From Convolutriloba macropyga (Eukaryota): a stretch of DNA of 64,000 bases. The stretch lies in NCBI RefSeq assembly GCF_964194025.1, contig NC_134471.1, forward strand, positions 81,468,001 to 81,532,000. Direction: 5' to 3'. Within the stretch, counting starts at the first letter, position 1, and the number at the start of each line of letters is the position of its first letter. Under the pieces are notes generated by a model, which was not told the DNA's origin, did no database searches, and worked only from the letters and a program-made list of their open reading frames with translations. Below are positions 1 to 13,599 of this stretch, piece by piece. Made by a program: the position numbers and the translations under genes.

Positions 1-476
1 AACATAATTCAAAAAAATCCCCTCCATAGAAAAAGTTAAAAATGTTATTGGCAAAAAATGTGTTCAGGACAGATAGCTGAATCTGATTTCCGAAGAAGAG
101 CAGAAAGGCTATCACAAGACATATAAAAAACACTAATAAACAAAACAATAAGATACCCTAACAATGTTGTGCCACATTCTATGAATTCTCAACTGTGAAA
201 AAAAGTTTTTGATTGCTGATGCGAGAGACGTCACCGCAAACCGAAAATATATAAATATATAGGGGTAAAGCCATGCCGCCATTTTCAAGGATAAGTGGAC
301 AAAAACGCCGTTTTGATGTTACAAAATATAGATTAAAAATCCAAATCCAGTAGAAATTTTTGGGCGTTAGAAGACTTCTAGCTGGGGAACGGCCAGCTAC
401 CAAAACTCTACCTAAAATCCGAAACATTTGTTCAGTGGTTTGTCCACCTGTTTGTAGTGTTCTATTCTGTCCCCAA

Positions 477-878
477 AAAAGTTGATCGTTCGACTGTTTG
501 AAAACTTCCTTCTGGATATTAGAATTAAAAATCAATAGAAGTAATACCAGCAACCAAAAAAGTTATATCCAGAAATATATATTTGAATATATTCAACCAT
601 CCTAAAGAAATTTTTCAATCAAGACTAAATAAAGTCCACACTACCTAATTCAATCAACCTATTCACAAGTATCCGAAATTCGTTCAATTGACTTCTTACC
701 TAAATAACGCTCAGAAATTCTGCCTCCCAAGAGCTTTTACTGACCGGAAATTTTATCCTCTCTACCAACTATATCGGATAGCTCAGCGGTTTCACTAACT
801 GCAAATACGAAACTGTGTTCTTCTACTGAGAACTCAATAGAAAACTACAATTTTTTCTCACTTGAGAACCAACTACTC

Positions 879-924
<46 letters not shown>

Positions 925-1625
925 AGCTCCTGCTTGCTTTCGCGATCGTTTGCGTTCTTCTCCCGAATGATGAGTTTTGTTGTGTTTGAATGTACTCAAC
1001 CGTATCAGTTTTTATTAGCATTAACTAACGTGTCTTTTCATGTAGAACATTTTGACCTAACGTATACGTGCAACGGTGGACGCACCAGGTCAGTAACAAG
1101 CTACAACATATCTACGTAAATTTTTGCTGAAGATGATCTGAGCTCCGTGGTTCACTTCGTTCGCTAATTTCAAAATTCAATAGAACTTATGTTTCATGCT
1201 CAGCAACTACTTTTTTCCAGTCATGAAAACTTGTCCAACTTACCTTGCCGGTACCTTTTCTTACCCTGAGGAGGTAGAAATCTTGATTTTATTTCTTAAT
1301 TTTTTCCTTCGTAATGATTTTCTTTAAAAGATATGGAAGTCTTCCTATTCCTTCTGGTAAGATATTTGTCAGCTTTAATACCTTGAAATTGAAAAATAAC
1401 CAGTTTGCACCCTTTGAATTTTGGATAGTTGTGAATCGGTTGATTAAATTAGTTTTAATTAGTCTGGACATTATTTAGTTTTGATAGAAGAATTACTTTA
1501 GGATGGTTGAATTTATTCAATATGTTTCTGGCTATAAATTTTTCGGTTGGTGGTAATACTTTTATTGATTTTTAACTCAATTATACAGGAGGTTTTCAAA
1601 CAGTCGAACGAGAATGTTCAACTTT
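477..1625. mobile_element. Fold-back / long-TIR non-autonomous element (~1.15 kb)
   Basis: About 486-700 (tcgttcgactgtttgaaaac...ttcaaccatcctaaag...tatccgaaattc) is the diverged reverse complement of about 1417-1611 (gaattttggata...ctttaggatggttgaa...gttttcaaacagtcgaacga). No coding capacity and no clear TSD. Confidence 0.6.
881..922. repeat. (CT)n microsatellite
   Basis: Perfect CT run of about 21 units. Confidence 0.98.
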
Positions 1626-2159
1626 GAAGATTGTCCACCCTTGTAAGTTTGAACAGCTTCAAGTTTTCAAATAAACATTGATGTCATGCGATTGGTGATA
1701 AAAGTTAAGGCCAAAAAGCCAGTTTCAATAGTTTGCCAAAACGTATTCAATTAAAAAAATGCGGCAGACTTGAGATCAATTTTTCTGTCCTGCTACCTGG
1801 TGGTTGGAAAGCGAAAATTCTCCATACAAATAACGCATTTGTATGCAAAAATTTTGCTTGAAGTTTTACTTTTCAACTGACCTCTTCGGACTTAAGTTTC
1901 TAAGATGGATTCCTAGACTTGATCGGTTTAAAGTTCACAGCACAGTTTAGATTCTAGAATTGGGAATGCGCTTCACAAAAACGCAGCTTTTGTTTACGTG
2001 GTCTTGTATTATCATCGGGAAATCGTAAGACAACTCATTTAAACGTGTTTGAGAACCCACGTGACAGTCCCAAAATGTTTCGGAAGAGGCACACCGGAAA
2101 GGACAGAAGATAACAACAACTGGTTCAAACTTAGTAAGAGAGTTACTAATTATTTTCTT

Positions 2160-2333
2160 GGATCTTTTCCGTTTGTGCCCCCCCCCCCAGTACGTCACAG
2201 AACGTTATGCGTCCCCAGTTACAGAGCACGTGCCATTACATAGTAATTCATAATGTAAAAATATGGCGCGTGCGTCTGGGAGGTGCAAATAATATGCGCC
2301 CACTAAGCTGGGGTGCACAAACGGAAAAGATAC
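2160..2333. mobile_element. MITE with GG-terminal TIRs and 8-bp TSD (Merlin-like), copy A
   Basis: TIRs GGATCTTTTCCGTTTGTGC...GCACAAACGGAAAAGATAC. TSD ATTTTCTT at 2152-2159 and 2334-2341. Homologous to 7464-7624 and 63198-63372. Confidence 0.9.
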
Positions 2334-2840
2334 ATTTTCTTTTATGAGCAATTTCTCTCCAATATAGTTTTAGAGGTCAAAAGTGAGATAGAAACTTCCC
2401 TCACTCTTTGCATGAGGTCGGAACAATATTAAATAGCAAAATTGACCATTACACCCTGATTTTGTGTATTCTCAGCAGCTTCAGAGAATTTTACTGTTAA
2501 GGACTAGTAGAGCTCTTAGAGAGAGCAATCTGTATGACGTTCCTTTCGCGTATTTCAATTGGACTGGTTGGTAACTGAAAAACCATTTCATTTTTCATCA
2601 TTTTTATTTTTTCTTCCAAAAACGGACTTCGAGAGATGAGCAGCAACTAAGGCTCTTTTATCAACCGAAAAAGAATAGTTGGAAAACAATCTGAATTCAT
2701 TTAAAAAAATTACTGTAAAATATAGAATCTTGTAGCATTGAATCGATATGAATTTTTGGATAAAATCTAGAGTATATACAAAATCGGAAAAATAGAAAAC
2801 ATTAGTTTGTGCTACCTCCAAAAATAACACTTCATACGTC

Positions 2841-3538
2841 TTACACAGCCGATTGTTTTATACAATTAAAAGCAGTTTCGTTTGCAAGTTTAACAGATTG
2901 AGCTAAATCTCTTCCATTGCAAATCCCAAAAACAAATCCAGCTGCAAATGCATCCCCAGCACCATTCGTATCCAACATTGTCTCACCATCGCCTTTTAAA
3001 ATATTGGCATCAAATCTCTTTACCGCAAATTCTTCGATTTGCTCTTTCAAACAGGTCAAGGTCGATTTATCGCCTCGGGTCATGACGACAACAATTTGTT
3101 TACCGTTAACTGCGGAACCCACAACCCGTTTCTGGACGTATAAAATAGCTTTGTAAGGGTCGACAATACCTGTAAAAGCTGCAAATTCTTCATAATTACC
3201 TATTACATAATCAGAAAATTTCAACGCATCCCATACTCGCTCTTTCATAGTTTTTGATTCAAGAATTTTGTAAGACGATAAATTAAATACCATCAAAATG
3301 TTCCATTTCGATATTTTCTCCGCGAGAAATAAAAATACCCAATAATTTGGATGTAAAAGGACAAAGGCCACCATGTAAAGGCCCTTGGCAGCCTCCAGTG
3401 ACGTAACAAACTCAGAATTACGTAATAGCGTCTCGGGTGTTACGTCATCAGCTCCTCCGAGAGATACAAGGCAGCGATTACCTTCGCAGAGCAGTACGCA
3501 ACATTTACCAGTAACTCCTGTCGGGCATCTTTTATTTT
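2841..3538 (-). CDS. ADK: Adenosine kinase-like PfkB/ribokinase family protein, last exon
   Basis: The frame of ORF 2841-3374 extends upstream through TGKCCVLLCEGNRCLV (ADK TGxCAVL..NRSLV). It contains DYVIGNYEEFAAF, MTRG and the PfkB signature DTNGAGDAFAAGF. The 5' boundary (3528-3538) is uncertain. Confidence 0.82.
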
Positions 3539-4029
3539 GTAAGTCATTTCAAGGACTTCAATGCTACATGCCTCCCTAGTTGACCACCATCAAACACAAC
3601 CATAAAAATCTTTACGTCATTTTATGCAAATTTATCAAAATACTAAAAAAAGAACACTTGAATTCCAAAGACAGATATAAATACCATGCCGATGGGAGTG
3701 TAGGGTAAATGCACAAATCATTGCTTTTGTTTAGGACAAAAATTAATTTATTGTATTAAAATTAACTGAATTTAAAGTCTCTCCATGACAGGTTTCCATA
3801 ACATAGGTTATGAGAAGTTTGAAATTTCATAAAGAAATGGGTCCTAATTTTTTTCACGGTTTTAAATTCAGAATTATTACTAATTGGATTAGATATGATG
3901 AAGTCATTCCAGGACTCTATAGCTCTGGCGAAAAAAAAACAGTTCTTAAGGTAATGCGATTTATATTTGAGATGGAGAAAATTTGTTTTTGGTAGTGCAG
4001 TGTAGGAAATTCTCCTAATTTTAGGAAAA

Positions 4030-6480
4030 CTGTATGAGCTCTATTTGATAAAACTTTTTGCAAGAAACTAGCTTATTTCATCCTAAATAATTAATCAAGA
4101 GTAAGTATTTCATATTGTAACTTTACTTCATGATATGAGTCATATTTTCTGTTGAAGCAGGAGTTTATTGCCCAGTTTAGCTATTTCTCAAGTGAAAATA
4201 GAAGAGAACGCTTAATGCCACTCAAAAAGACTGTACTATAGTGCAAACGACTAACAACTAGTGCATTCATATTCTTGCATACGCCCCGAAAGAGCTCTTG
4301 ATTGCATAACTTGCTCTTATTCAATAAGCCATTCTTCGCAAAACATTTTTTAGTTATTCTTGGGATTTCGAATTTTTGTCCAGAACTTAGTATATCACTT
4401 AACTTTATTTCACTGCTAGTATTTCACTGAACATTGTTAACTTTTCACCACTAAAATTTATAGAACAGGTGTTGCTTCAACAATTTTTTAGACCTTTCGC
4501 AGATTACATGGAAGTCTGGTTTTGATCTGTTCAATTTTAGACTATTTCTGTCAAAGTAGAAGGTCAAATTTTCCAAAGAATCCTCAAATATTCTAAATCA
4601 TTGACGAAAAAATTGAACACTAAGGGTCCGAGCACAGTTCCTTGCGCGGCACCCCGGTAAAGATCAATTCAGTCAGATTCACCAAAACTTTCTGTAGTCG
4701 TAGTTGAGTAAATGCTGGTATGAATTGGGGTGCGCTCCTTTAAAAACCCAATGAGTATAGCTTCTGGTAACGTACATCAAGTTTGATTGATTCGAAAGCT
4801 TTAGATAGATCCAGCAAAGCAGTTGAGACAAACTCATTGATAGCAATTTTGCAGCGTACAGTCTCTGTAAAAAAAAAGAGCGTCTAGTGTTTAAAAAGAG
4901 CTCTTGAAATGAAAGTGCCTGGGTGATAGACTTCTGATTTTGTTCAAAGGTGAATTCATTTGGCTTTAAACACGCATCTAAAAAACTTAGAAGAGCGCGC
5001 TTGTAACAGATATTGGTTTGTAAATTTCTGGATTGTCTGGTTCTTCTTTTTTTAGAATGAGAGAACGAAATGCTTTTCAAAATTCTAATGGAAAAGTATT
5101 TCGGTCAATCCATTGATTAAACAGCATAGTGAGATGTGGTACTAAGAATTTTGCGCCATCTTTTAGTGCCCAGGCTGGAATTGTTGAAAGGCGAAGCTTT
5201 TAATTCGGATTGAGCGATCAAACAACACTATACACTTACTGCACAGAAACAAATCTAAAGGACAACTTTCTCTTTTTCTAGAAGACCTTTTCATAATTCT
5301 TCAAAAGCGATTTTTCTATTTCTTTTGAGAAGAGTAGTCACCAAATTTCGAATACTGGTAGTTGAAGAGATTTGCTATTACCCTAACATTTTTAACATAA
5401 ACAACAGGAGTTCTTAAATTTCTCGCTAGCCCCATTTCTTTCATTTTGTTTCTGTTTCCGTTAATGATTTTCAATTTTTTTGTTTTGTTTTTCTTATCAA
5501 CTCCGCATTAACAATTTCTGATAGGAAAAATAACTTAGGATTCTCTCTCCGCATATAAAAAAATTTTGGTGGGGCGCAACCAATAATGGCTTGGTATGTT
5601 TCCAACAATTTCTTAAAACATAAAAACTGGATAATCGGAATTGTAGAACGTTTGCCTGAATAATTGTAAAAGACAGTAAGAAAAAATTGTTTGAGAATAT
5701 TTTGCCTTATCAATTTTAATTTTTGACCGGTTTACGTTTTTCTTCTTTTGTTTCAGCCAGTATAAGAAGTGTAGCAAAATGATCTGCTCTAAGGCCTAAT
5801 TCTAAGATATGATATTGCGCGCGCTCTAGGCTTGAACGATCAGCAATTATATAACCAATAAGAGTGTAACCAAATTTTGAAGTTGATGTTAGCTTGTTGC
5901 AAGACTCTAAGTGGTATGGCTTCAAAATTGTATCTAACGACTCTCTTTTTTTCATTAAGATAGTCAATATAAAAGGGCTACTGAACTCTTTCTGTGTATT
6001 ATACACTAGTCGAACAATGAGGATGTTTTTCGAAGAGGTCTTGCATTTAACCCAGATGTTTCCCGATTCAACTCTTTTAGAAACGTAACGTCTCCGCCTT
6101 TTTAATTTGCTTGTCATTTTTTACTTCGCGATCTGCAGTGAAACAGTTAAATGATCCGGAATCAATTTCGCACAGATGGTGGTTATCTTTCATTGTCAAT
6201 CAGGTCTCACTAAGCCCGTAGATAGTACTTGGCCCAGTGTCCAATATTATTTGCTTTAATGCGTTGCGTTTCTTAACTATACTGCGACACTTAAGGAAAA
6301 ATTAAATGTTCTTTGGAACTGAATTAATTAGACTTTTGATTTCTTCCATGTATGTCTCCGGGCTTGGGTTGTTCTCAATATCCTTGGAGTTTTATGTGAT
6401 TTCTTATTGTCCATGCTGATAATATTACTTTTTGGGAATATTCAAAATAGGACCAAATAAAAAACCTATCATGAAAAGGA
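4030..6480 (-). mobile_element. Decayed APE-type LINE (CR1/L2-like) in an intron
   Basis: Minus-strand RT motif QGTVLGP at about 4622-4645, FLD...KxF-like text near 4980 and LDxxKASPFNNSSL near 5200. Many stops and frameshifts; boundaries approximate. Confidence 0.65.
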
Positions 6481-6847
6481 AATCAGCAGTTTTCCGCTTC
6501 GATGAACTGCTGCTAAGAATTTTTTATTTGGTTGTGATAGTGGTAGTTCTAACGCGGCGATTTGTATGGCCAGAACTACCATCAAAAAGAAGTTGTAGTT
6601 TAATAGAGAACATGAGTTCGCCTGATTCAAAAGTATTAAAAATCAATGATATGGGAGGTAACTGTATATCAACCATTCTCATCTTTGAGGCTATTTATCC
6701 AACTCATTTACTGTTACCCTAATGTTATAATTTAAACTGCAGTAAACTAATGAACATTCAAAAATGAAGCAAAGCTGCCAAAGAGACTTGCTTGTCGTTC
6801 ATAGATAGCTAAAATTTTGCTGTGCAAATGTTTAACAAAAAAGATGC

Positions 6848-6979
6848 CAGAGGTGTTGCAGAGCCAAATTGCGTCCAATTGTTTTTCTTCTGCTCTCTCC
6901 TTCAGCCAATCACAGTGATCATTCTTTCCAACCAATCCCACTATCTGACACGCAATTGCTTCGTCTCTGTCATCAGCAC
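6848..6979 (-). CDS. ADK: Adenosine kinase-like gene, middle exon
   Basis: Acceptor TATTTTAG| at 6980 is phase-compatible with the donor at 13212. Peptide IVGLVGKNDHCDWLKERAEEKQLDA matches the PfkB G.VG.D..G..L.....GV segment. Donor uncertain. Confidence 0.72.
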
Positions 6980-7463
6980 CTAAAATAATTATTAATGAAT
7001 TAAGCACCGTTTAGAATCTCGACACTGCCAATATTTTAAAAGAGAAGTGTTCAAAAGTTTAAGGCAGCAAACCCCTCAAAGAGCAGAACCCCAGATGGTC
7101 TTCGCACCGATGCTCTAGTTTACTCTGGCTTGGAATTTATTCCTCTACAGATCAGTAAACTAAATATCTGAGGCTTCAAAAAAGAAGTCCTACAGCTACA
7201 GCATGAGGGGATGGCATTCTATCATATTATGATTTGTTTAGGCACCAGGAGATTATAAACATAACCGGCAGATTGCCGGAAAATTGCCGCGAGAGACGCT
7301 TGGGGCCTTCCATGAATTGAAACAACTAAAGAGATTAGATAGACAGATCGACCACCAGTCCTTTAATAGACCACTAGACTTTTCGGGTTAGCTTTGGACT
7401 GTAATTTTTATGAGACAAATAAGCTCTATAAGGAGAAAGCCCTAATAGGGCTTTTCAAAATTA

Positions 7464-7624
7464 GGATTTTTTCCGTTTGCGCCCCCTCAGCTTAGTGGGC
7501 GCATATTATTTGCACCCCTCAGATGCACGTTCAATATTTTTTACATAATTACTTACTATGTAATGGCACGTGCTCTGTAACTTGGGGGCGCATAATGTAC
7601 TGGGGGCACAAACGGAGAAGATCC
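7464..7624. mobile_element. MITE copy B (opposite orientation)
   Basis: GGATTTTTTCCGTTTGCGCCCCC...GGGGGCACAAACGGAGAAGATCC. TSD CAAAATTA at 7456-7463 and 7625-7632. Confidence 0.9.
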
Positions 7625-7899
7625 CAAAATTAATATTCGAAATCAAAAACTCAGGACTCTAATAATCAAGAATTAGGGCATATATCTTTGGCAGTACTTA
7701 GATGCACACTATTGACCTTTAACAAGTAAATGTTCATAAAATTTAAAGTTCCATAAGTGAGTTCAGAAGTCATTTTGTTGAGTGAGGCAAGTCATTGAAA
7801 AAGTCAATTCCAAGAATTCAGGGTAAGACGAAACAAAAATCTGTTAGACGAAGTAAAAAAATGGGTAAAAAAATACTGTCGTCTCAAAACTGTGCTGTT

Positions 7900-10400
7900 T
7901 CGGCTAATTAGTTCCGGGATGTAAGCACGGAATCTAAAAGATTGATGCATATAACGGCGAGCGACCAATAGTATATTGAATAAAAGCAAAGCCTAAACAA
8001 ATGGAGTCGTTTTAGGCAGACCAATCTTGGCATTCAAGGCTCAAGATGAAACATAAAAAAAAGAGAAAAAAATTGATTAGAATTGATCCGGTGTTTGATC
8101 ATATCGCTTCTTGATTATTGGAACTCCTTACTTTATGGTTTGCCAAATGGTCTTTTGTCAAAGCTTCGGTTTAGCTTTGACAAAAGAACAATTGGCAAGC
8201 CATAACATAAGGGGTTCCAATAATCAAGACGCGATATGACCAAACACAAGATCAACCTAACATTTTTTTCGTTTTGACATGACTCAGAAACGAGTAAATA
8301 TTATAACGGGCATTATATGCGCTCGGACAAACGGAATTGAAATATCGCTTATGTTAAGTGTACGACAGGTTACTTTAACTTGGACTGTAATCGCTATCAT
8401 CAGGCATACATATTTAAAAGGCCACGATTTACTATTTTAAACTTTTTTACAATCACATTTTCAGTCAGCTTTAATCTAACATTGGTAAACAACTCCTGAA
8501 TATCCTTTATTTCATACTTCAATTGCCTATGCGCTGGGTTAAAAACAAAGAAACGAACATTATCGTCTGTATAAAAAAGGGAGTTCAAAATTATTTCTCC
8601 CAATCCACGAGAATAGAAAACATCAGACCAACCCTTGCATCATACAGCCGAAATTACCACCCCATTCGAATTACCGCTGTCAATGAAAACTTCTTGAGAG
8701 CAGTTAGAGAGAGAGAGAGAGAGAACTTTTAATAAACTATAGTAAAGCGGCTTTCAGACCAATTCTGTCCTATAAAACTTCCAAATAAAATATTATAAAG
8801 AATTATATCAAAAGTAGAAGAGAGCTGTAAACCAGAACTTATTATATCACTCTATTCGTCGAATTAACAGAGACGGCAGTAGAAAACATTAAGCGTGGCT
8901 GATTTTAAGGAATGTGACCAACGATGGTCACTTATTAATAATATTACTAGACTAAGATGCAAACTAAATTACTCAAAATTGATACAGTTAATAAATTTTC
9001 AGACGGTAGTTTGATTAAACTTCTGGATCAGGTTTAGAAGTTTCTACGAATCGCTTCACAATGCCCTCTTTCAGTTCCTTTAGAGAAAAACCTGTTTGGA
9101 CTGGTAAATTAATCACCTTTGTGCAAAAAGTTCAGCATATTTGATAAAGCGGCTTCAGAGAGCTTAGTTGGCAGCAAATGATTGACGAGGCACAGCTTAA
9201 ATCTGAGAAAATATTCTGAGAACATCAATAGCTGTGATTGTTTCAAGTACTTCTCTCGCAGCTTTGCTCAAATTGACAATACATAGGCCATTTGTTGAAG
9301 GTAAGGATTACAAAAGCAATTCAATATTATGAACACAACATCGTTAAAAATATCTGCAAGTCACTCAGGTTCTCCATGCATTAATAACTTAAACCAATAA
9401 CTTAAAGATTAACTTAGACTAATAACTTAACCTTTAAGTTATTGCTGCAACATGGTTTTCAAGAAATACTATTTTTTACTGCAAATAAATCTAAGCTTAC
9501 GGTTACAGGTTCAAAAAAAACAATTTTTTGTTTTCAAAAGTAGGATTTTTGCGATTACACCTTTTGCATTTTCCTCCCATTTTTTAATTTTTGCGAAAAA
9601 CGGCAATTTATTATCCGATACTGACTTGAGGGCTGATGTAAATTCACATAGTCAACTTTTCAAAAAACTACCTTTTTCAGCAAGATCCGGTGTATTGCCA
9701 CTAACAAGATTGTTTGCAAAAGCCATCGACTCAAATTTTTCCCACTTCATTTTATTTTCGTCTTATGTAGAATTTTTCATGTGTCCTGATTTCTATAGGC
9801 TTAACATTTTCAATTGGAAAAAAGTATCATAAGAAGCTAACCTGCCTCTTACTTTTCTAGACCTGAAAAATTTTTTACAGGAATAACCGCTCTAACAGCA
9901 CTGTTCAAGGAAGAAATCATCTTTTCCATTATCCTTGATCTACGCTTCGACAAGAATTGCTTAGCTAAATTCCTCCACTTCATTCAGTTTTTTTTATTTT
10001 GAGATTTTTATTATGTATTGAACTAGCATTATACAGACAAATATTCAGAGAAGAACTATCAGATGCACACCCCGATAGCCACGTTTCTAAGGAAGCAAGC
10101 CACTTTTCAGCATTATTTCTTAGATAAGAGAATATTCAAAGGGAAAAAAGCAGGAAATTCCTCTTCATCAAATTTGAAAAAGCAGTGAAGTAATTGATAA
10201 TCACATACATCGTACCCGAGTTGCTTTATCGACCAATACTTACATGACGATTTATGGGTGGCTTCATAAAAACAAGTAAAACGCTTGGTGTCTATGTAAT
10301 AAATATAAGCAACTGTGCTTCAAATAATGTTGTTTTAAAACTGTTCTTGTATATTCAGAGTAACAAGCGAGTTTAAGGTCTTTTGATCGACCAGCATATC
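7900..10400 (-). mobile_element. Highly decayed LINE fragments
   Basis: LFYTDDNV (FxDD-like) followed by LKLTEN in ORF 8400-8603, plus other RT/APE-like remnants. Boundaries approximate. Confidence 0.45.
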
Positions 10401-10689
10401 TGTTCTTTCAAGAGTTCCACAAAATTTATATCGGCACGATTACGACATTAAAAGTGTTTGTTAAATAAAATAAACATAACGACTAACGTCGGGCAAAATG
10501 CACTCAACAACCGGCGAGCGGTTGTCTTCGTCAGTACCTAGCCACTGTTCAGTGAGGCTAGCATTAACTTGATTGAAGGGGCGTGAGGTTTGGGTAATAG
10601 ACGAATTATTGTCTCTGGATTTCTGTCATGTAACCCATCTGCAAGACTTAAAAGGTTCGCTAGCCAGTAATGATCGTTAAACTCAGAAA

Positions 10690-12345
10690 AGGACAAATAT
10701 TCAAAAATTTAAAAACTAATAGCTATTTTAACAAAAATCTTGCAAAAAATATTGATATTAATATCTTCAGAACCAATTCATTGTATCCAGAGATTATCCA
10801 CTATCCCTATTTCAAGCCCTAAACAGTTTCACTGGCTCAAAAAGATCAATAAACTTGGAACATGATAAATTATCGAAAATTTTTAAAAACAAATTTTATC
10901 AAAAAAATTGCAAAAACTCGAGTCATTCAAATATTGATAACCATTCCATTAACTCTAAAAAATATGAAACAGCCGGATATCAAACCTCGGAGGAGCCATG
11001 TTGAGAGAAAAAATTTGAAAAATTATTCAAAAAAACTTGAAAAAATTGCAGTTTTTTTTAAAAAATTGTTTGAACTCGTGATACTAAAATCGTGAAAAAC
11101 ATTACATTACATCTAGAACAAATGCGGTAACTTACTATCAAATCCTAGAGGAGGTTTCGTGGCTCTTGAGTTTGGAAAAAACCTAAAAAAATGAAACAAT
11201 TTCAAAAAATTTGAAAATTGCAATTTTTTTAATTATTCTAAATTCCTAATGTTGAAATCTTGAAAAACATTCCATTACAGTTAGAAACTATAAAGAAACC
11301 TATTATCAAACCATAGATGAGGTTTCTTGGCTCTAGAGGCTGGAAAAACCTAAAAAATTGCAACTTTCATAAAAAAAAATTGATAAAATTTGGGATATTA
11401 AAAAGTTGAAAACTATTCTATAGCCAACAAAATTTTTTCAGAAACTTAACATTAAAGCCATAGGGAGGTTCTCTGGCCCCTGGGATTTTTAAAAACAAAT
11501 TTTATCAAAAAAATTGCAAAAACTCGAGTCATTTAAATATTGATAACCATTCCATTAACTCTAAAAAATATGAAACAGCCGGATATCAAACCTCGGAGGA
11601 GCCATGTTGAGCGAAAAAATTTGAAAAATTATTCAAAAAAACTTGAAAAAATTGCAGTTTTTTTTAAAAAATTGTTTGAACTCGTGATACTAAAATCGTG
11701 AAAAACATTACATTACATCTAGAACAAATGCGGTAACTTAGTATCAAATCCGAGAGGAGGTTTCGTGGCTCTTGAGTTTGGAAAACACCTAAAAAAATGA
11801 AACAATTTCAAAAAATTTGAAAATTGCAATTTTTTTAATTATTCTAAATTCCTAATGTTGAAATCTTGAAAAACATTCCATTACAGTTAGAAACTATAAA
11901 GAAACCTATTATCAAACCCTAGATGAGGTTTCTTGGCTCTAGAGGCTGGATAAACCTAAAAAATTGCAACTTTCATAAAAAAAATTGATAAAATTTGGGA
12001 TAAAAAGTTGAAAACTATTCCATAGCCAACAAAAATTTTTCAGAAACTTAACATTAAAGCCATAGGGAGGTTCTCTGGCCCCTGGGTAGGGAAAAACTTG
12101 AATAAGGACAAAAACTGACAAAAAATTGAGAAATATTGCAAGTTTTGTAAAAAAAAAATGCTAAAATTCGCAATGTTAAAATGTTGAAACAATTCTATTA
12201 CCACCAGAAAATATGCAGTGACATATTATCAAACCCTAGAGTAGGTTTCTCAACACCTAGGGCTGATAAAACTCAAAAAATGACGAAAATGACTCAAAAA
12301 ATGACGAAATTACAAAGCTTGAAAAAATTGTTAAAATTAGTATAA
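10690..12345. repeat. Satellite-like array of ~150-170 bp monomers with a ~605-bp higher-order duplication
   Basis: Monomer marker tatcaaaccctagaggaggtttc..ggctc recurs near 10977, 11136, 11304, 11450, 11584, 11742, 11910, 12052 and 12227. About 10885-11485 is nearly identical to about 11490-12086. Confidence 0.9.
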
Positions 12346-13212
12346 ATTGATCTTTTATTTGACCTTTTCTCTTAATTAACTTTCTTTTAAAATTTAAAAT
12401 TGCCTGTTTTTAGGGAGTGGTTGTTCGTCAGCAGCTAGCCACAAAGGGGGGTTACACCGGGGTGCTCATCGTCGGTCAACAGTGGGGGGTCTTCAACCTC
12501 TAAGAACCCCTCTTCACACCATAAGTATAAGTCTCCAAAACAGTTTGAGCTGAAGAGCTAGAAAGCTCTAAGAGCACTTAATGCCCGCTGGGCCCTACCG
12601 GTTTATCCCGTTTTTGAGGGCGGAATGCGTCAGACGAAAAGTCTCAACCGAAAAATTGCACAAAAAGACCTACAGGGCTAATATAATTGCTACAAACTCC
12701 GTTTGAGATCAATTAAAAATATACTTAATCTTAACAACATCAATTTTGGCAGCTTATCTTATTCACCCTATCAATGGAGGAATAAAACTTATAGGTCAGC
12801 AAAATATATATTGAAGAAGTTTCTTCACACTTACTCAGATTACACATTCGCCAAACTAAATACAATTCCAATTTTTCTGATTCTACAAATTTAGTGACCA
12901 ACTTCTGATATGTTCTTCCCATAAAAATTTTGCGGATCTATTCCAATTTTGCTTTTTGATGGCTTTTGCCGTCAATTCTATTCTTCATTACTTAGTACTT
13001 GTGAATCTTGCTGCTTTTTTGAGAAAAATGTAGATTACAAAAAAGTCGCTTCGAAAAAAATGACCATAAGTCAAATTGAAGCATGCCATAGTAATAGTAG
13101 TAGTAGCAGTAGTAGTACATAACGAAGGCCAACGTGAGAAACGAAACCAATAAAAAAGATCAGATTTTTTCATACCTTAAGGCGATGGGCAAAAAGCTAC
13201 AAATATTATTAC

Positions 13213-13477
13213 CCTGATAGAGACTGTGGTAATGAAGTGCAGTGTTGAAGGCGGATCCGCCAGGTTTACGAATGATTTGGTGCCCATAATCCCGTTCAAA
13301 TCGTTCAACGACTGCGTACAGCCTAGGCTCTCTGTTACAGTGGTATGTTGCATTCGCTTCTAGTTGATTTTCTCTTAGGAAATCAGAGGATACATGAACT
13401 ATTTGATCCAGCAAAGCTGCTCCAATTAACAAAACTTTACCACATTCCAGAACTTCACCTCGTTGATCTTGCTCCAT
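13213..13477 (-). CDS. ADK: Adenosine kinase-like gene, first coding exon
   Basis: ATG at 13477. VLLIGAALLDQIVHVSSDFLRENQLEAN resembles ADK GNPLLDI.A.V...FL.KY.L..N, and PGGSAFNT is the GG switch. Phase-1 donor CAGG|GTAATA at 13212. Confidence 0.82.
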
Positions 13478-13599
13478 TGTAGCGCTGCAGTGATAGATCC
13501 GCTTAATCGGATCAAGATTTTCAGCTGTGAGATATCTTGACAAGTGGGCCGAAATTTAGATAAAACGAAACAGGCATAATTAAACAACTTTAAGGACCT

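Noticed and set aside
10500-10546. Hammerhead-like CTGACGA plus hairpin on the minus strand
   Set aside because: The GAAA half of the core is absent (GAGT) and no stem I/III is evident; at most a degenerate relic.
13160-13212. Alternative ADK exon-1 donor AAG|GTATGA near 13175
   Set aside because: Phase 2, incompatible with the phase-1 acceptor at 6980; the 13212 donor fits.
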